A DNA stretch of 64,000 nt from Gemmatimonadales bacterium (GCA_035943095.1 DASZCN010000060.1:3710-67709), one strand, 5' to 3'. Shown: positions 28,722 to 38,520, counted from the first letter of the stretch. The notes: generated by a model not told the origin, from the sequence alone. Made by a program: numbers and translations.

Positions 28722-29432
28722 CTATTGCTCGTGTGTCTGGACGGGCCCCCGCGGCCCCCCCGGCCCCCCCGGTCCCTCCGGGCCGGCAGCCCCCGCCGCT
28801 CCCGTCGCCCCGGCCCGCCGGCGGTGCCACCAAACGTAGACCGCGGTAATCACCGCCAGGATCGGCAGTAACACCAGGATGGCGCGCCCGGCGTACCGCT
28901 GCGCCTCGCGGTTCAACACCTCGAGAATGACATCCTCACGGCTTCCGATGAACCATCCGATGCCCGTCAGGATGGAGCACCATACGAGCGCGCCGAGCCC
29001 GGTGAACAGCACGAACCTGCCGAGGTTCATCCTCGCGACTCCCGCCGGAATCGAAATGAGGTGGCGTACGACCGGAAGCATGCGTCCGAGGAATGTGCTG
29101 ATCTCACCGTGCGCCGCGAAGTAGCGCTCCGATCTGTCGAGCCCCTTCTCCGTGATGAGCACATACTTCCCGAGGCGCAGGAAGAACGCCCGACCCAGCC
29201 ACCGGGCGAGCCAATAATTGCCGAGCGCCCCAAGCATGCTCCCCAGCACGCCGCAGAGCACAGCCAAGACGAGGCTCATCTCGCCCTTGGCGGCGAGATA
29301 GCCCGCCGGGGGCATGACCAGCTCACTCGGCAGCGGCAGGATCGACGACTCCACCGCCATCAGGGCGATGATCCCGGGGTATCCCATGCCGCGGAACAGA
29401 TTCAGGAGCCAGCTGACGAACGATTCAAGCAT
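28722..29432 (-). CDS. DedA family protein with Gly/Pro-rich C-terminal tail
   Basis: [33 protein letters not shown]; ATG 29432. Confidence 0.88.
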   Translation of the reverse strand: MLESFVSWLLNLFRGMGYPGIIALMAVESSILPLPSELVMPPAGYLAAKGEMSLVLAVLCGVLGSMLGALGNYWLARWLGRAFFLRLGKYVLITEKGLDRSERYFAAHGEISTFLGRMLPVVRHLISIPAGVARMNLGRFVLFTGLGALVWCSILTGIGWFIGSREDVILEVLNREAQRYAGRAILVLLPILAVITAVYVWWHRRRAGATGAAGAAGPEGPGGPGGPRGPVQTHEQ

Positions 29433-30120
29433 CGAAGCCGTGCTCCCCGACGAGGGGGACAAATCGGGCGGAGCCCAGGGATGTCTGCCGGAGCTCTGGC
29501 GTGCGCCCGATCCGCTCGACCAGCGTGAGGACCTGCGCGCCGACTCCCCGTTGACCAAGCGGGATCAGGAGCCTGCCGTCCGGCGCCAACTGCTCCACGA
29601 GGGGCGGCGGGACCTCCGGGCCGCCAGCGGCGACGAGGATTGCGTCGTAGGGCGCGTAGGCGCTCCACCCCAGGGTTCCGTCGCCCAGGAGCACCGATGC
29701 GTTGACAACCCCGGCCTCCCGAAGCGCCCCTTGGGCCGCTAGCGCGAGGGCCTCAACCCGCTCAACCGAGAAGACGGTGCCCGCCAGCGCCCCAAGCAGC
29801 GCCGTCTGGTAGCCCGAGCCGGTGCCGATCTCGAGGACCCGCTCGGTGCCGGTCAGTCGCAGCGCCTCCAGGTAACGGGCCTGCATGAACGGCTGCGAGA
29901 TCGTTTGCCCGTTGCCGATCGGGAGCGCGGAGTCGTCGTACGCGCGGTGCCGCACCGCGGGTGCCACAAAGAGGTGCCGTGGCGTCTCCGCGAACGCCTT
30001 GAGCACGGCTAGATCGCGGATACCGCGACTGCGCAGCGTCTCGACGAGCCGCACCCGGTAGCCGGCGTAGGTGTCGGCGGGCCCCCCCCCGCCGCCCCCG
30101 GTCAGTCGCCCGTGAGCCAT
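29425..30120 (-). CDS. pcm: Protein-L-isoaspartate O-methyltransferase
   Basis: PRHLF, QTISQP, LEIGTGSGYQTA, GDGTLGW, FVPLVG; follows surE. Confidence 0.93.
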   Translation of the reverse strand: MAHGRLTGGGGGGPADTYAGYRVRLVETLRSRGIRDLAVLKAFAETPRHLFVAPAVRHRAYDDSALPIGNGQTISQPFMQARYLEALRLTGTERVLEIGTGSGYQTALLGALAGTVFSVERVEALALAAQGALREAGVVNASVLLGDGTLGWSAYAPYDAILVAAGGPEVPPPLVEQLAPDGRLLIPLGQRGVGAQVLTLVERIGRTPELRQTSLGSARFVPLVGEHGFDA

Positions 30121-30851
30121 TGGCGCACCACCTCGATCAGTCGATAGTTCGTCATGTCCATATGGAGCGGGGTCACGGAGATGTAGCCGTCGCTCGTGGC
30201 CCGGAAGTCCGATTCCGCCCCACCGGTCCACGTGATATGACCACCGCCAATCCAATAGATGTCCTTGCCCCAAGGGTCCTTCATGAGGGCGATCTCTTCG
30301 CTGAACACCCGACTGCCGAGGTGTGTCACCTTCACGCCCTTTACCTGAGCGCCCGGGATGGCGGGGAGATTGATGTTCAGGAGGGTTTCTTTCGGGAAGT
30401 CCTTGACGGCGGTGATCCGCTTGAGCAGGGCGCGCAGGCCATCCTTGTGCGTCTCGAGCATGTCCAGGTCCGAGCCGGCGAATGAGACGGCGATGCTCGG
30501 GATGCCCCCCACCAGGCCTTCCATGGCGGCGGCAACAGTGCCCGAGTAGAACACGTCCTCCCCCATGTTCTGACCGTGGTTGATCCCCGAGATCACGAAA
30601 TCCGGCTTCTGGGGCATGAGCATGCCGATCGCGAGCAGCACGCAGTCGGTCGGCGTCCCGTCCAGCTGGAAGCTGCCGTCGGGCCGGCGCGTCGCACGAA
30701 GCGGGCGGTGCAACGTGAGCGAGTGCGACGTGCCGCTTTGCTCGCGGTCCGGAGCGACCACGGTCACCTGTCCCAGCGACCCACACACGTCTCCCAGCAC
30801 CGCGAGTCCGCGAGCGAGAATACCGTCGTCGTTCGAGATGAGAATGTTCAT
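30102..30851 (-). CDS. surE: 5'/3'-nucleotidase SurE
   Basis: ILISNDDG, SGTSHS, GTPTDC, SGINHGQN, YSGTV, SVTPL. Confidence 0.96.
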   Translation of the reverse strand: MNILISNDDGILARGLAVLGDVCGSLGQVTVVAPDREQSGTSHSLTLHRPLRATRRPDGSFQLDGTPTDCVLLAIGMLMPQKPDFVISGINHGQNMGEDVFYSGTVAAAMEGLVGGIPSIAVSFAGSDLDMLETHKDGLRALLKRITAVKDFPKETLLNINLPAIPGAQVKGVKVTHLGSRVFSEEIALMKDPWGKDIYWIGGGHITWTGGAESDFRATSDGYISVTPLHMDMTNYRLIEVVRQWLTGD

Positions 30852-31561
30852 GGAGCTCGGAGCTCAGGCCCCAGGAGGATCTCCCGGCTGTACCGCGTGA
30901 ACACGCGCGCGAGGCGCCAGGTGTCCGTCCAGCGCCGAAAGTGACTGGGCCGACCTTCGTACACCGTCGGGATCGGCTGCGAGTGCACCGCAAACCCTCG
31001 CGCCAGCGCCGCGAGGAGGAACGCGGTCTCGTAATCGTAGCCCCGCTCGCTAGGCCGGATCGCCTCCGCGATACCGCGGGACAGGGCACGGAAGCCGGTC
31101 TGGGCGTCCGGCACGGTCACGCCGCCGATCCGCGAGGCGAGCGTCGCGGAGAGCCAGTTGGTGCAACGCCTCCCCCACGGCATGGCGCCGGTGCGGACCC
31201 GGGCGCCGAGGACGAGGTCCGCCCCACCAAGAGCGACTGCCGCCGCGAGGCGCGGGATCTCCTCCGGCGGATGCTGTCCGTCGCCGTCGAGGGTAACGAT
31301 GACGCTCGCGCCGTCCTGGAGCGCCGCGGTGATGCCGGTCTCGAGCGCGGCGCCCTTACCGCAATTCCGTGGATGCGTCAGTACGGTCGCCCCTTTCCCC
31401 CGTCCCCGTTCTCCCGTCCCGTCGGTTGAGCCGTCGTCCACAAGGTACACGATCGCGTCCGGCACGGCGCGGCGCGTCCGGGTCACGACCTCGGTGATGG
31501 TGGCAGCAGCCTGGTAGGCGGGGATGACGACGGCGACGGCCTGGTCAGCGCCCTCCGGCAT
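30848..31561 (-). CDS. GT2 glycosyltransferase
   Basis: VIPAYQ, VDDGSTD, GKGAAL, DGDGQHPP, DAQTGFR. Confidence 0.88.
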   Translation of the reverse strand: MPEGADQAVAVVIPAYQAAATITEVVTRTRRAVPDAIVYLVDDGSTDGTGERGRGKGATVLTHPRNCGKGAALETGITAALQDGASVIVTLDGDGQHPPEEIPRLAAAVALGGADLVLGARVRTGAMPWGRRCTNWLSATLASRIGGVTVPDAQTGFRALSRGIAEAIRPSERGYDYETAFLLAALARGFAVHSQPIPTVYEGRPSHFRRWTDTWRLARVFTRYSREILLGPELRAP

Positions 31562-31919
31562 TCGGCGCGTTTCCTTCGAGAACGGCGAGGACGGCCTTGA
31601 GCTCCGCGCGCAAGTCCTTCACCGTCTGAGTCGCGAGCGCGCGTCTCGCCTCCGGCTTGAGCTCGCCCGAGCGCCGGTATTGCTCGATCTTCTGCCGCGC
31701 GCCTTCGATCGTGTACTTCTCGGTATACAGGAGATGCTTGACGAGCATGATGAGCTCGATTTCGCGGCGCTGATACACGCGGTTCCCCGACCGGTTCTTG
31801 GCTGGATTGAGGAATCGAAACTGGCTCTCCCAGTACCGCAGCACGTGCGGCTTGAGATCGGTGAGCTGGCACACTTCGCCGATCGAGAAGAACTCCTGCA
31901 CCGGATGCGGCGAGCTCAT
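31545..31919 (-). CDS. MerR-family transcriptional regulator
   Basis: FSIGEVC...KPHVLRYWE..F..L.P....GNRVY. Confidence 0.9.
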   Translation of the reverse strand: MSSPHPVQEFFSIGEVCQLTDLKPHVLRYWESQFRFLNPAKNRSGNRVYQRREIELIMLVKHLLYTEKYTIEGARQKIEQYRRSGELKPEARRALATQTVKDLRAELKAVLAVLEGNAPNAGGR

Positions 31920-32929
31920 TGCCCTCCCCACTGCTCGGGCTTCAGCTCCCGCTCCATCAGGTCCACCAAGGCCTGTTGCGGAGATTTGCCCTGGAACAGT
32001 ACAGCAGCCACCTCGCGTGCAATCGGGAGCTCCACACCGTGCCGCTCGCCGAGCGTCACAGCCGAGCGAGCGGTGTTCACGCCCTCGGCGACCGATGCGC
32101 GACTAGAGAGCGCGTCTTCGAGGCGCTTGCCGCGTCCCAGCTCGACCCCGAGCGTGTGATTGCGCGACAGCGGCCCCGTGGCCGTGAGCACCAAGTCCCC
32201 CATGCCGGCCAGCCCCGCGAACGTCGCGGGCTCCGCCCCCAGTGCCACGCCGAGCCGAGTGATCTCCGCCAAGCCCCGGGTCACGAGCGCCGCGCGTGTG
32301 TTGTAGCCCATACCCAAGCCTTCCAGGATCCCCGCGGCGAGCGCGATAACGTTCTTGAGAGCCCCGCCGAGCTCCACACCGATCACGTCCGTGGCGGAAT
32401 AAACGCGGAAGTGCCCGACGGAGAATACCTGCTGCACCTGCTGGGCGTCGCCGTGGTCCCGCGCTGCCGCCACGACCGCCGTCGGCTGACGCGCGTACAC
32501 CTCTTGAGCGAACGACGGCCCCGAGAGCACGGCGATCCGCGTGCCCTTTGCGAGCACGTCCTGCAAGACACACGACAGGGTCGCGAGGCGCTCCGGCTCG
32601 AGACCCTTCGACACGCTGACGACCAGGGCACGCCGATCGATCACGGCACTCGCCCGCGTCATCACTTCGCGCACGGCGTGCGACGGTGCTGCCGACACGA
32701 CGACGTCCGCACCGCGCACTACCGTCGTGACGTCCCTCTCGGCGGTGAGGGACGGCGCGAGCGCTGCACCGGGGAGAAAGAGGTGGTTCACGTGCTCCCG
32801 ATTCACGCCGTCGACCACTTCGGGCTCGCGCGCCCAAAGGGTGACCGCTTCGCACTCGCCCTTGCGAGCCAGCAGGTCCGCCAGCGCCGTGCCCCAGGCG
32901 CCACCGCCCACGACCGCGACGCGCGTCAT
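31916..32929 (-). CDS. gpsA: NAD(P)H-dependent glycerol-3-phosphate dehydrogenase
   Basis: VGGGAWGTALA, SKG, SGPSFA, GGALKNV, GDLVLT, SRN. Confidence 0.96.
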   Translation of the reverse strand: MTRVAVVGGGAWGTALADLLARKGECEAVTLWAREPEVVDGVNREHVNHLFLPGAALAPSLTAERDVTTVVRGADVVVSAAPSHAVREVMTRASAVIDRRALVVSVSKGLEPERLATLSCVLQDVLAKGTRIAVLSGPSFAQEVYARQPTAVVAAARDHGDAQQVQQVFSVGHFRVYSATDVIGVELGGALKNVIALAAGILEGLGMGYNTRAALVTRGLAEITRLGVALGAEPATFAGLAGMGDLVLTATGPLSRNHTLGVELGRGKRLEDALSSRASVAEGVNTARSAVTLGERHGVELPIAREVAAVLFQGKSPQQALVDLMERELKPEQWGGQ

Positions 32930-33552
32930 GGAGCGGACACGCCGACGCCTCTGCGAGTGCGGAACCGGTTCTCCGTTCCCTCACGCAAGCGCCGGACGTT
33001 GTGCCGGTGCGAGTAAACGATGATCACGGCCAGCGCAACGGCGGCCCATAACGTGTGGGGCTGATTGCGGGTCGTCAGCCCCACCCACACGGGGAACAGC
33101 ACGGCGACGCACAGCGAAGCGACCGACACGTACCCCGAAAGCCAGAGCGCTATGATCCAGATGGGGATGGAGATCGCGACGGCGAGGGGCGCCAAGGCGA
33201 GGAACATTCCGGCCGCCGTCGCCACTCCCTTACCGCCTTTGAACCCCACGTACGGGGAGAAGATATGCCCCAATACCGCCGCCAGTCCCAACGCGACGGT
33301 GAACCACGCCGGACCGTCGGCCCAGGGGCCCAGGATGACGATCGGGATCGCGCCTTTGGCTACGTCGATCAGCGCCACCGGGATCGCGTATCCCCACCCG
33401 AGCACGCGGTAGACATTCGTCGCGCCAAGGTTCTTGGAACCCTGGTCGCGCAGGTCGATCCCCCGCCCCAGCCGGCCGGCCACGTAGCTCGTGGGCGTGG
33501 CCCCGACGAGATAGGCGAGAATGAGCATGACGGCGAGCCCGTAGTCGTTCAT
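32926..33552 (-). CDS. plsY: Glycerol-3-phosphate acyltransferase PlsY
   Basis: GSKNLGATNVYR, DVAKG, GH..SP...FKGGKGVAT, HRHNVRRL. Confidence 0.96.
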   Translation of the reverse strand: MNDYGLAVMLILAYLVGATPTSYVAGRLGRGIDLRDQGSKNLGATNVYRVLGWGYAIPVALIDVAKGAIPIVILGPWADGPAWFTVALGLAAVLGHIFSPYVGFKGGKGVATAAGMFLALAPLAVAISIPIWIIALWLSGYVSVASLCVAVLFPVWVGLTTRNQPHTLWAAVALAVIIVYSHRHNVRRLREGTENRFRTRRGVGVSAP

Positions 33553-34880
33553 CGGCGGGCCGTCTCCCGCCTACGGCGGAACTTGAGGTTCACCGGCGAG
33601 CCCGTGAACTGCCACGCGTCACGGAAGCCGTTCAGGAGGTAGCGCGTGTACGCCTCCGGGATCGCGTCGGGCCGGTTGGACACGATCGCGAACCGGGGCG
33701 GTGCCGTTCCGATCTGAGAGGCGTACAGGAGGCGCACCGACTCACCCACAGGCTGAGGCGGCTGCTGGCGGTCCACCAGACGCTCGAGCACACGGTTCAC
33801 CTCGGCCGTGGGAACCCGTTTGGCGCGCTCCTCCGCCACCTCGAGGATCAAGTCAGGAAGCTTGGTCACCCGCTGCCCGGTCTTGGCGGAGACGTACAGG
33901 AAGGGGATGAACTCCAAGAAGGGAGCGCGCTCCCGGAGCTCCCGCTCGCCCCGCACCGCTGTATTCGAGTCCTTCTCCTCGACCAGGTCCCACTTGTTGA
34001 CCGCGATGATGAGTGCGACGCCTCGGTCCCAGGCGTCGTTGGCGATTTTTAGATCCTGGACGTGCATGCCGTCCTTCGCATCCACGACCAGGACGCAGAC
34101 GTCCGCGTGCTCCACGGCGCGGGAGGTCCGCAGGGTGGAGTAGAACTCGATGTCGTCCTCGACCTTGCTGCGCTTGCGCAGTCCGGCCGTGTCGATAAAC
34201 ACGAGCGCCCGGCCGTGCCACAGGAGCGGCGTGTCGATCGCGTCGCGCGTCGTGCCCGGCTCGTCTGCGACGACCAGGCGCTCCTCGCCGAGCAGGCGAT
34301 TCACGAGGCTCGACTTGCCGACGTTCGGGCGCCCCACGACGGCCACCCGGATTTCGGCCTCCTCTCCCGCCGGCGCCGTGCCGGGGAGGCGCGCCACGAT
34401 GGCGTCGAGCAGGTCCCCTGAGCTCGTGCCGATGCCCGCGGAAATCGGAAGGGGATCGCCGAGGCCAAGCTCGTAAAAGGCGAGATGCCGCGTGTCTTCG
34501 GGTAGGTGGTCCGCCTTGTTGGCGACGAGGATCATCGGGCGGCGGGCCTTGCGCAGGTACGCGGCGATCTCCAGGTCCGCAGGGTGCACTCCCTCGGTCA
34601 CATCGACCAGGAACAGCACCAGATCGCTCTCGGCCACGGCCGTTTCGACCTGCGTACGCACCGCGCGGCTGAGCTGGTCCTGGGCGCCCGGCACCATTCC
34701 CCCGGTGTCCACGAGCCAAAAGCGCCGCCCGTTCCACTCGAGCGTGCCGAAGTGCCGGTCCCGCGTCACGCCCGGGCGATCATCCACGATCGCCTCGCGC
34801 CCGCCGATCAGGCGGTTGAAGAGGGTGGACTTCCCGACGTTGGGACGACCGATGATGGCGACGGTGGGGGCCCCTCTCAC
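33549..34880 (-). CDS. der: Ribosome biogenesis GTPase Der (EngA)
   Basis: Two GRPNVGKS P-loops, DTGG/DTAG, NKWD, C-terminal KH-like domain. Confidence 0.97.
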   Translation of the reverse strand: MRGAPTVAIIGRPNVGKSTLFNRLIGGREAIVDDRPGVTRDRHFGTLEWNGRRFWLVDTGGMVPGAQDQLSRAVRTQVETAVAESDLVLFLVDVTEGVHPADLEIAAYLRKARRPMILVANKADHLPEDTRHLAFYELGLGDPLPISAGIGTSSGDLLDAIVARLPGTAPAGEEAEIRVAVVGRPNVGKSSLVNRLLGEERLVVADEPGTTRDAIDTPLLWHGRALVFIDTAGLRKRSKVEDDIEFYSTLRTSRAVEHADVCVLVVDAKDGMHVQDLKIANDAWDRGVALIIAVNKWDLVEEKDSNTAVRGERELRERAPFLEFIPFLYVSAKTGQRVTKLPDLILEVAEERAKRVPTAEVNRVLERLVDRQQPPQPVGESVRLLYASQIGTAPPRFAIVSNRPDAIPEAYTRYLLNGFRDAWQFTGSPVNLKFRRRRETARR

Positions 34881-36157
34881 GCGGCGACCTCCTCTTCCGC
34901 CAGCGCATCGGTGAAATCGTGGGAAAGGCGGATCGGCATCGGGAGGCGCTCCGCGAGCCCGTGTGCCTCCACGTCGTCCATGAACATGAGGTCGTCGTTC
35001 ACCGCTTCCGCAGGCAGGAGCGCGAGATCGAGATCGGGCCGCATGACCAGGGCACGTTCGATGGCCGCCGCCGGTAGGAGCCCCGCGGTCGTCACGCTGG
35101 GCCCGAACAGCGTGTTCTCCACGACGACCAGCTCGAACCGCGCCCGCGTCGCCAGGGTGAGCTCGTCAATCACCTGTGGCATCAGCCCGCCCATGGCGAT
35201 GCCGGTGACGATGCCGATGCGCCTCCCTGTCAGGTCCGGCAGTCGTCCCACCCCGGCGGCGATCCTGGTCTGCAGGAAACGCACCGAGCCCACGCCGTTC
35301 TCCCGCTGCTCGAACTCGCCGTACCACTCGGGAGAAGGCAACGGCTCCCCCGCCTGGAGGTACAGGTCGTCCGCCCCGAAACACCATGGGGCCCCCCGCT
35401 CCCCCAGGGCACGGGTCGCAATGCGATCGACTATGCCGAGCGCCGCCCGGCACTCCTGTGACGTGGGCGCGCGCACCAGATGGCGTTTCGAGAATTCCGT
35501 GAGCGCCACGGGAACCACAGACACCGACAGTACTCCGGGACCGATCGCGTACAAGTCCGAGAGCGTGCGCTCGAGCTGCACTCCGTCGTTCACGCCCGGC
35601 ACCAGAACCACCTGCGCGTGGAACGCGATTCCCCGCTCCGTGAACCCCCGCAGCTGCGGCACGATGTGCGGCGCCTCGGGGTTGCGTAACAGCCAGCGGC
35701 GGATCGTGGGATCGGTGGCATGCACCGAGACGTAGAGCGGCGAAAGTCGGTATTCGACGATGCGCTCGACGTCCCAGGCCTTGAGGTTCGTCAGCGTCGC
35801 GAAATTGCCATACCGGAACGACAGCCGGTAGTCGTCGTCGCGGATGTAGAGCGGTGTGCGCAACCCGTTCGGATTCCCGTCCACAAAGCAGAAGTCACAG
35901 TGGTTCGCGCAGCGCCGAATCCGCGGCGGCTCGAGCGTGACGCCCATCGGAAATCCCTCGGGGCGCTCGATGTCGTACTCGATCTCCGCTCCGGTCGGGA
36001 GCCGGGCGCGGAGCAGAAACCGCTCGTCCGCCGACAGGAACTCCCAGTCGAGAAAGTCCTCCAGCGCCCGGCCGTTGATGGCCAGGAGCTCCGTTCCAGG
36101 AAGGAGCCCGAGCTCGCCCCCGATGGAGTCCGGTGCGACCGTTTGAACGCGAATCAC
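34877..36157 (-). CDS. DUF512-domain putative radical SAM Fe-S protein with N-terminal PDZ-like region
   Basis: CANHCDFC, DDDYRLSF.YGNF.TLTN, SPLYVSVHAT, ENGVG, VTTAGLL. Confidence 0.85.
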   Translation of the reverse strand: MIRVQTVAPDSIGGELGLLPGTELLAINGRALEDFLDWEFLSADERFLLRARLPTGAEIEYDIERPEGFPMGVTLEPPRIRRCANHCDFCFVDGNPNGLRTPLYIRDDDYRLSFRYGNFATLTNLKAWDVERIVEYRLSPLYVSVHATDPTIRRWLLRNPEAPHIVPQLRGFTERGIAFHAQVVLVPGVNDGVQLERTLSDLYAIGPGVLSVSVVPVALTEFSKRHLVRAPTSQECRAALGIVDRIATRALGERGAPWCFGADDLYLQAGEPLPSPEWYGEFEQRENGVGSVRFLQTRIAAGVGRLPDLTGRRIGIVTGIAMGGLMPQVIDELTLATRARFELVVVENTLFGPSVTTAGLLPAAAIERALVMRPDLDLALLPAEAVNDDLMFMDDVEAHGLAERLPMPIRLSHDFTDALAEEEVAA

Positions 36158-36246
36158 GTCGTCTGCTTCACCTTCAAGGACTTTATGAAGCCTGGCGTCG
36201 CAACTCTAATGCACGCTATGACTTCCGACAGTCCACGTAATATGAC

Positions 36247-37872
36247 TTATGAAGCCCGGTAGCGCCAGCCGGCGATTCCCCGACCGTTCACCTTCAGGTC
36301 GAATGCCTGGCTCTGCCGTGGGGGAAGGGCGGGAATGTCCTGCGTCTGTCTGGCGACCGGTTGGCCGGTCGTGTCGAGCAAGTCCAGGGTGATCCGGAAG
36401 GGCCGGGATGGCGCCGCTTTGAGATTCACGGCGACCAGGGATAACGCCGCCCCGTCACTGTCCGGGACGAAGCTCGGGACGGTGACTTCGACGGCGAGGC
36501 CGGTGTCGGCCCGTGCAACATACGCCTTCGCCGAGTCCCGGGCGCGCCGGAAGTCCCAGCCTGCGGCGACCAGTCTGAGCGACGCCCGGCCGAGCGGGTC
36601 GAGCGCCAGCAGCCGCTGGGCGGTCGGGAGGAGGGAGGCCGAGTCGCGGAGCTGATAGTAGGCCGTCGCCAGGGAAAAGAGCGCATCCCTCCGATACGGA
36701 TTCTTGGCCAGGCCCAGCGCCAGCGCCCGGGCGCCGGGTCGGTACAGGCCCTGCCCTACCATCCGCGCCCCCGGACCGAACAACGCCTCGGGATCGAGAT
36801 CCTTCGCATGGGCAGCAAGGGAGTCGAATGCCGCGGCGGCCTGGACGGCGTGACCGCTTTGGGCGAACAGAATCGCGAGCGACGTCGCGGCCTCCACGTC
36901 ACCAGGGTAGACCGCCAGATAATTGACTAGCGATTGGACGGCTGGCGCGAACGCCGCCGTGAGGGTGCTCGAGTCCGCCGCCAGCTGCTGCAGTGCGGCA
37001 GCCAGGTTGGCCCGCTGGCGAGCGACCGCTTGGGCTCGCGCGGTGGAATCCCGAGTGAATAGCTGCTGGTCAGCGGGCGCGAGGTGCGCGCTCCGAGCCC
37101 TGCGCGATTGCGAAGACGCCAGGAGTCGCGCCAGCACCGTCGAGTCGCCCGTGATCCCGCGTTGGATCGAGTCGAGGCTGGCGCGCACCCCACCCGAACG
37201 CTGAGCCGCCGGGTGGCCTTGCACCTTGCGCACCGCCAGGTGCCAGGCGTTCCCGAGCGCCTCCCGCTTATCCTGTGCGAAGTTCGGGTCCTCTCCCGCG
37301 GTCCGGGCGGCGAGCGTGTAGTAGGCGGAGGCTGAATCGTCGTTGCCACGGCTGGCGTACAGGCCCGCGACAGTGGCGAACGTCTTGGGGTTCGTGGGCT
37401 CCAGGCGGGCCGCCACGCGCAGCAAGGCCAGCCCCGAATCCTCCTTCCCCTCCTGCCAGACTGAGAGCCCGGCGTTGAGCAGCTTCCCCCACAGATCGTT
37501 GCGGTAGGTCGCGATGTCGTCGCCGCATTTCGGAGCGAGCGTCCCGGCCCGGGTCAGCGCGGTATCGGCGCCCGTGGCGTCGCCAAGCTCGACGTAGTAC
37601 CGCCCCAGGTAGTACCAGGCCGCGGCGTTGGCGCCCTGGTTGTCCTGCACGATTGCCTCGGTGAGGAGTTTCCTGGCCTGGCCGAGCTGTTGATCGCGCT
37701 GCTCCGGCTTGTCCATCGCCGCCCGGAGTGCCAGCATGCCATTGTTGACCTTGGAGGGGCCTGGCGGGAGCTCACAGGGGGGTTGGGGAGGCACCCAGCC
37801 ACCCTGCGCGCTGAGCGGAACGGCCGAGAGGCCGCCGGCGAGGGCGAGCAGCGTGAGCCTGACGGCACGCAT
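36247..37872 (-). CDS. Secreted TPR protein with C-terminal beta (FxLYD-like) domain, paralog 1
   Basis: Signal peptide ending SAQ; AAWYYLGRYY; TPR helices; C-terminal ..QDIPAL..IAGWRY. Confidence 0.8.
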   Translation of the reverse strand: MRAVRLTLLALAGGLSAVPLSAQGGWVPPQPPCELPPGPSKVNNGMLALRAAMDKPEQRDQQLGQARKLLTEAIVQDNQGANAAAWYYLGRYYVELGDATGADTALTRAGTLAPKCGDDIATYRNDLWGKLLNAGLSVWQEGKEDSGLALLRVAARLEPTNPKTFATVAGLYASRGNDDSASAYYTLAARTAGEDPNFAQDKREALGNAWHLAVRKVQGHPAAQRSGGVRASLDSIQRGITGDSTVLARLLASSQSRRARSAHLAPADQQLFTRDSTARAQAVARQRANLAAALQQLAADSSTLTAAFAPAVQSLVNYLAVYPGDVEAATSLAILFAQSGHAVQAAAAFDSLAAHAKDLDPEALFGPGARMVGQGLYRPGARALALGLAKNPYRRDALFSLATAYYQLRDSASLLPTAQRLLALDPLGRASLRLVAAGWDFRRARDSAKAYVARADTGLAVEVTVPSFVPDSDGAALSLVAVNLKAAPSRPFRITLDLLDTTGQPVARQTQDIPALPPRQSQAFDLKVNGRGIAGWRYRAS

Positions 37873-38008
37873 GGGGAGCGGGGCTAGAAATGGCGCGGGA
37901 ACGCGCCGGTGTCAACAGCGGGGCGGCTGAGGCTACGAAAGCGTCAGGAAATGGTGCGAGAAGCCGGGAGCCACAAACCCTGAAGAGTCTGGGGGCATCC
38001 AAGGTGGC

Positions 38009-38374
38009 ATGGTCACACCAGACATGCCGCCCCGGACGCCATCCGCGCAGCTCGTCCCCGTCACCCCCCCGAAGGTCTACGCGAAGTGGTGGCGACAGGT
38101 GGTGAGGGATTGCCATTGCACGCCAGCGGTTCCCTTCGAGCGGCTGTCCTGGTTCAGCGTGAAGGGACATTCCTTCCCGTGCATCAAGGACGATTGCGTC
38201 GGGGCATTTGTCTGGAACGACTCAGCAGGTGTCCCGCCCACGATCCTATTAGCAAAGTGGGCGACCGGCGACCCGAGGATCGTGCGCCATGAAATGCTGC
38301 ATGCGGTACTGGGGGGAGACCTAACGCACCGCAACCCGCTGTGGCGATTCTACGACGTGAAGTTGGGCCCGTAG
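38009..38374 (+). CDS. Small hypothetical protein with HExxH (RHEMLH) metallopeptidase-like motif
   Basis: Only + strand ORF accepted on the right arm; HEMLH..H; four Cys; abuts the tRNA-Gly 3' end. Confidence 0.6.
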   Translation: MVTPDMPPRTPSAQLVPVTPPKVYAKWWRQVVRDCHCTPAVPFERLSWFSVKGHSFPCIKDDCVGAFVWNDSAGVPPTILLAKWATGDPRIVRHEMLHAVLGGDLTHRNPLWRFYDVKLGP

Positions 38375-38395
38375 CAGATCAATACTGAGTCGAAG

Positions 38396-38467
<72 letters not shown>

Positions 38468-38476
38468 GAGAAGCGG

Positions 38477-38506
38477 AATGTCACAGCGTATCCCGCTCCT
38501 TGTCAA
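38477..38506 (-). promoter_or_regulatory. Sigma-70-like promoter for tRNA-Gly
   Basis: - strand TTGACA (38506-38501), 18 nt spacer, GACATT (weak -10), ~9 nt before the tRNA. Confidence 0.45.
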
Positions 38507-38520
38507 CTATTTCCGATCAA

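Noticed and set aside
36167-36296. 10-mers TTCACCTTCA (36167, 36287) and TTATGAAGCC (36183, 36247) repeated around the TPR/DUF512 junction
   Set aside because: Order is not collinear, so not a simple duplication; one copy doubles as the DUF512 ribosome-binding site
37892-37915. TTGACA plus GGCGCG-GGAA-CGCGCC dyad upstream of TPR paralog 1 as a MerR-type promoter
   Set aside because: No credible -10 at 17-20 nt spacing; 6-bp GC dyads are common at this GC content
37873-38395. attL/attR duplication of the tRNA-Gly 3' end flanking the HExxH ORF
   Set aside because: No convincing repeat of the tRNA 3' sequence found downstream
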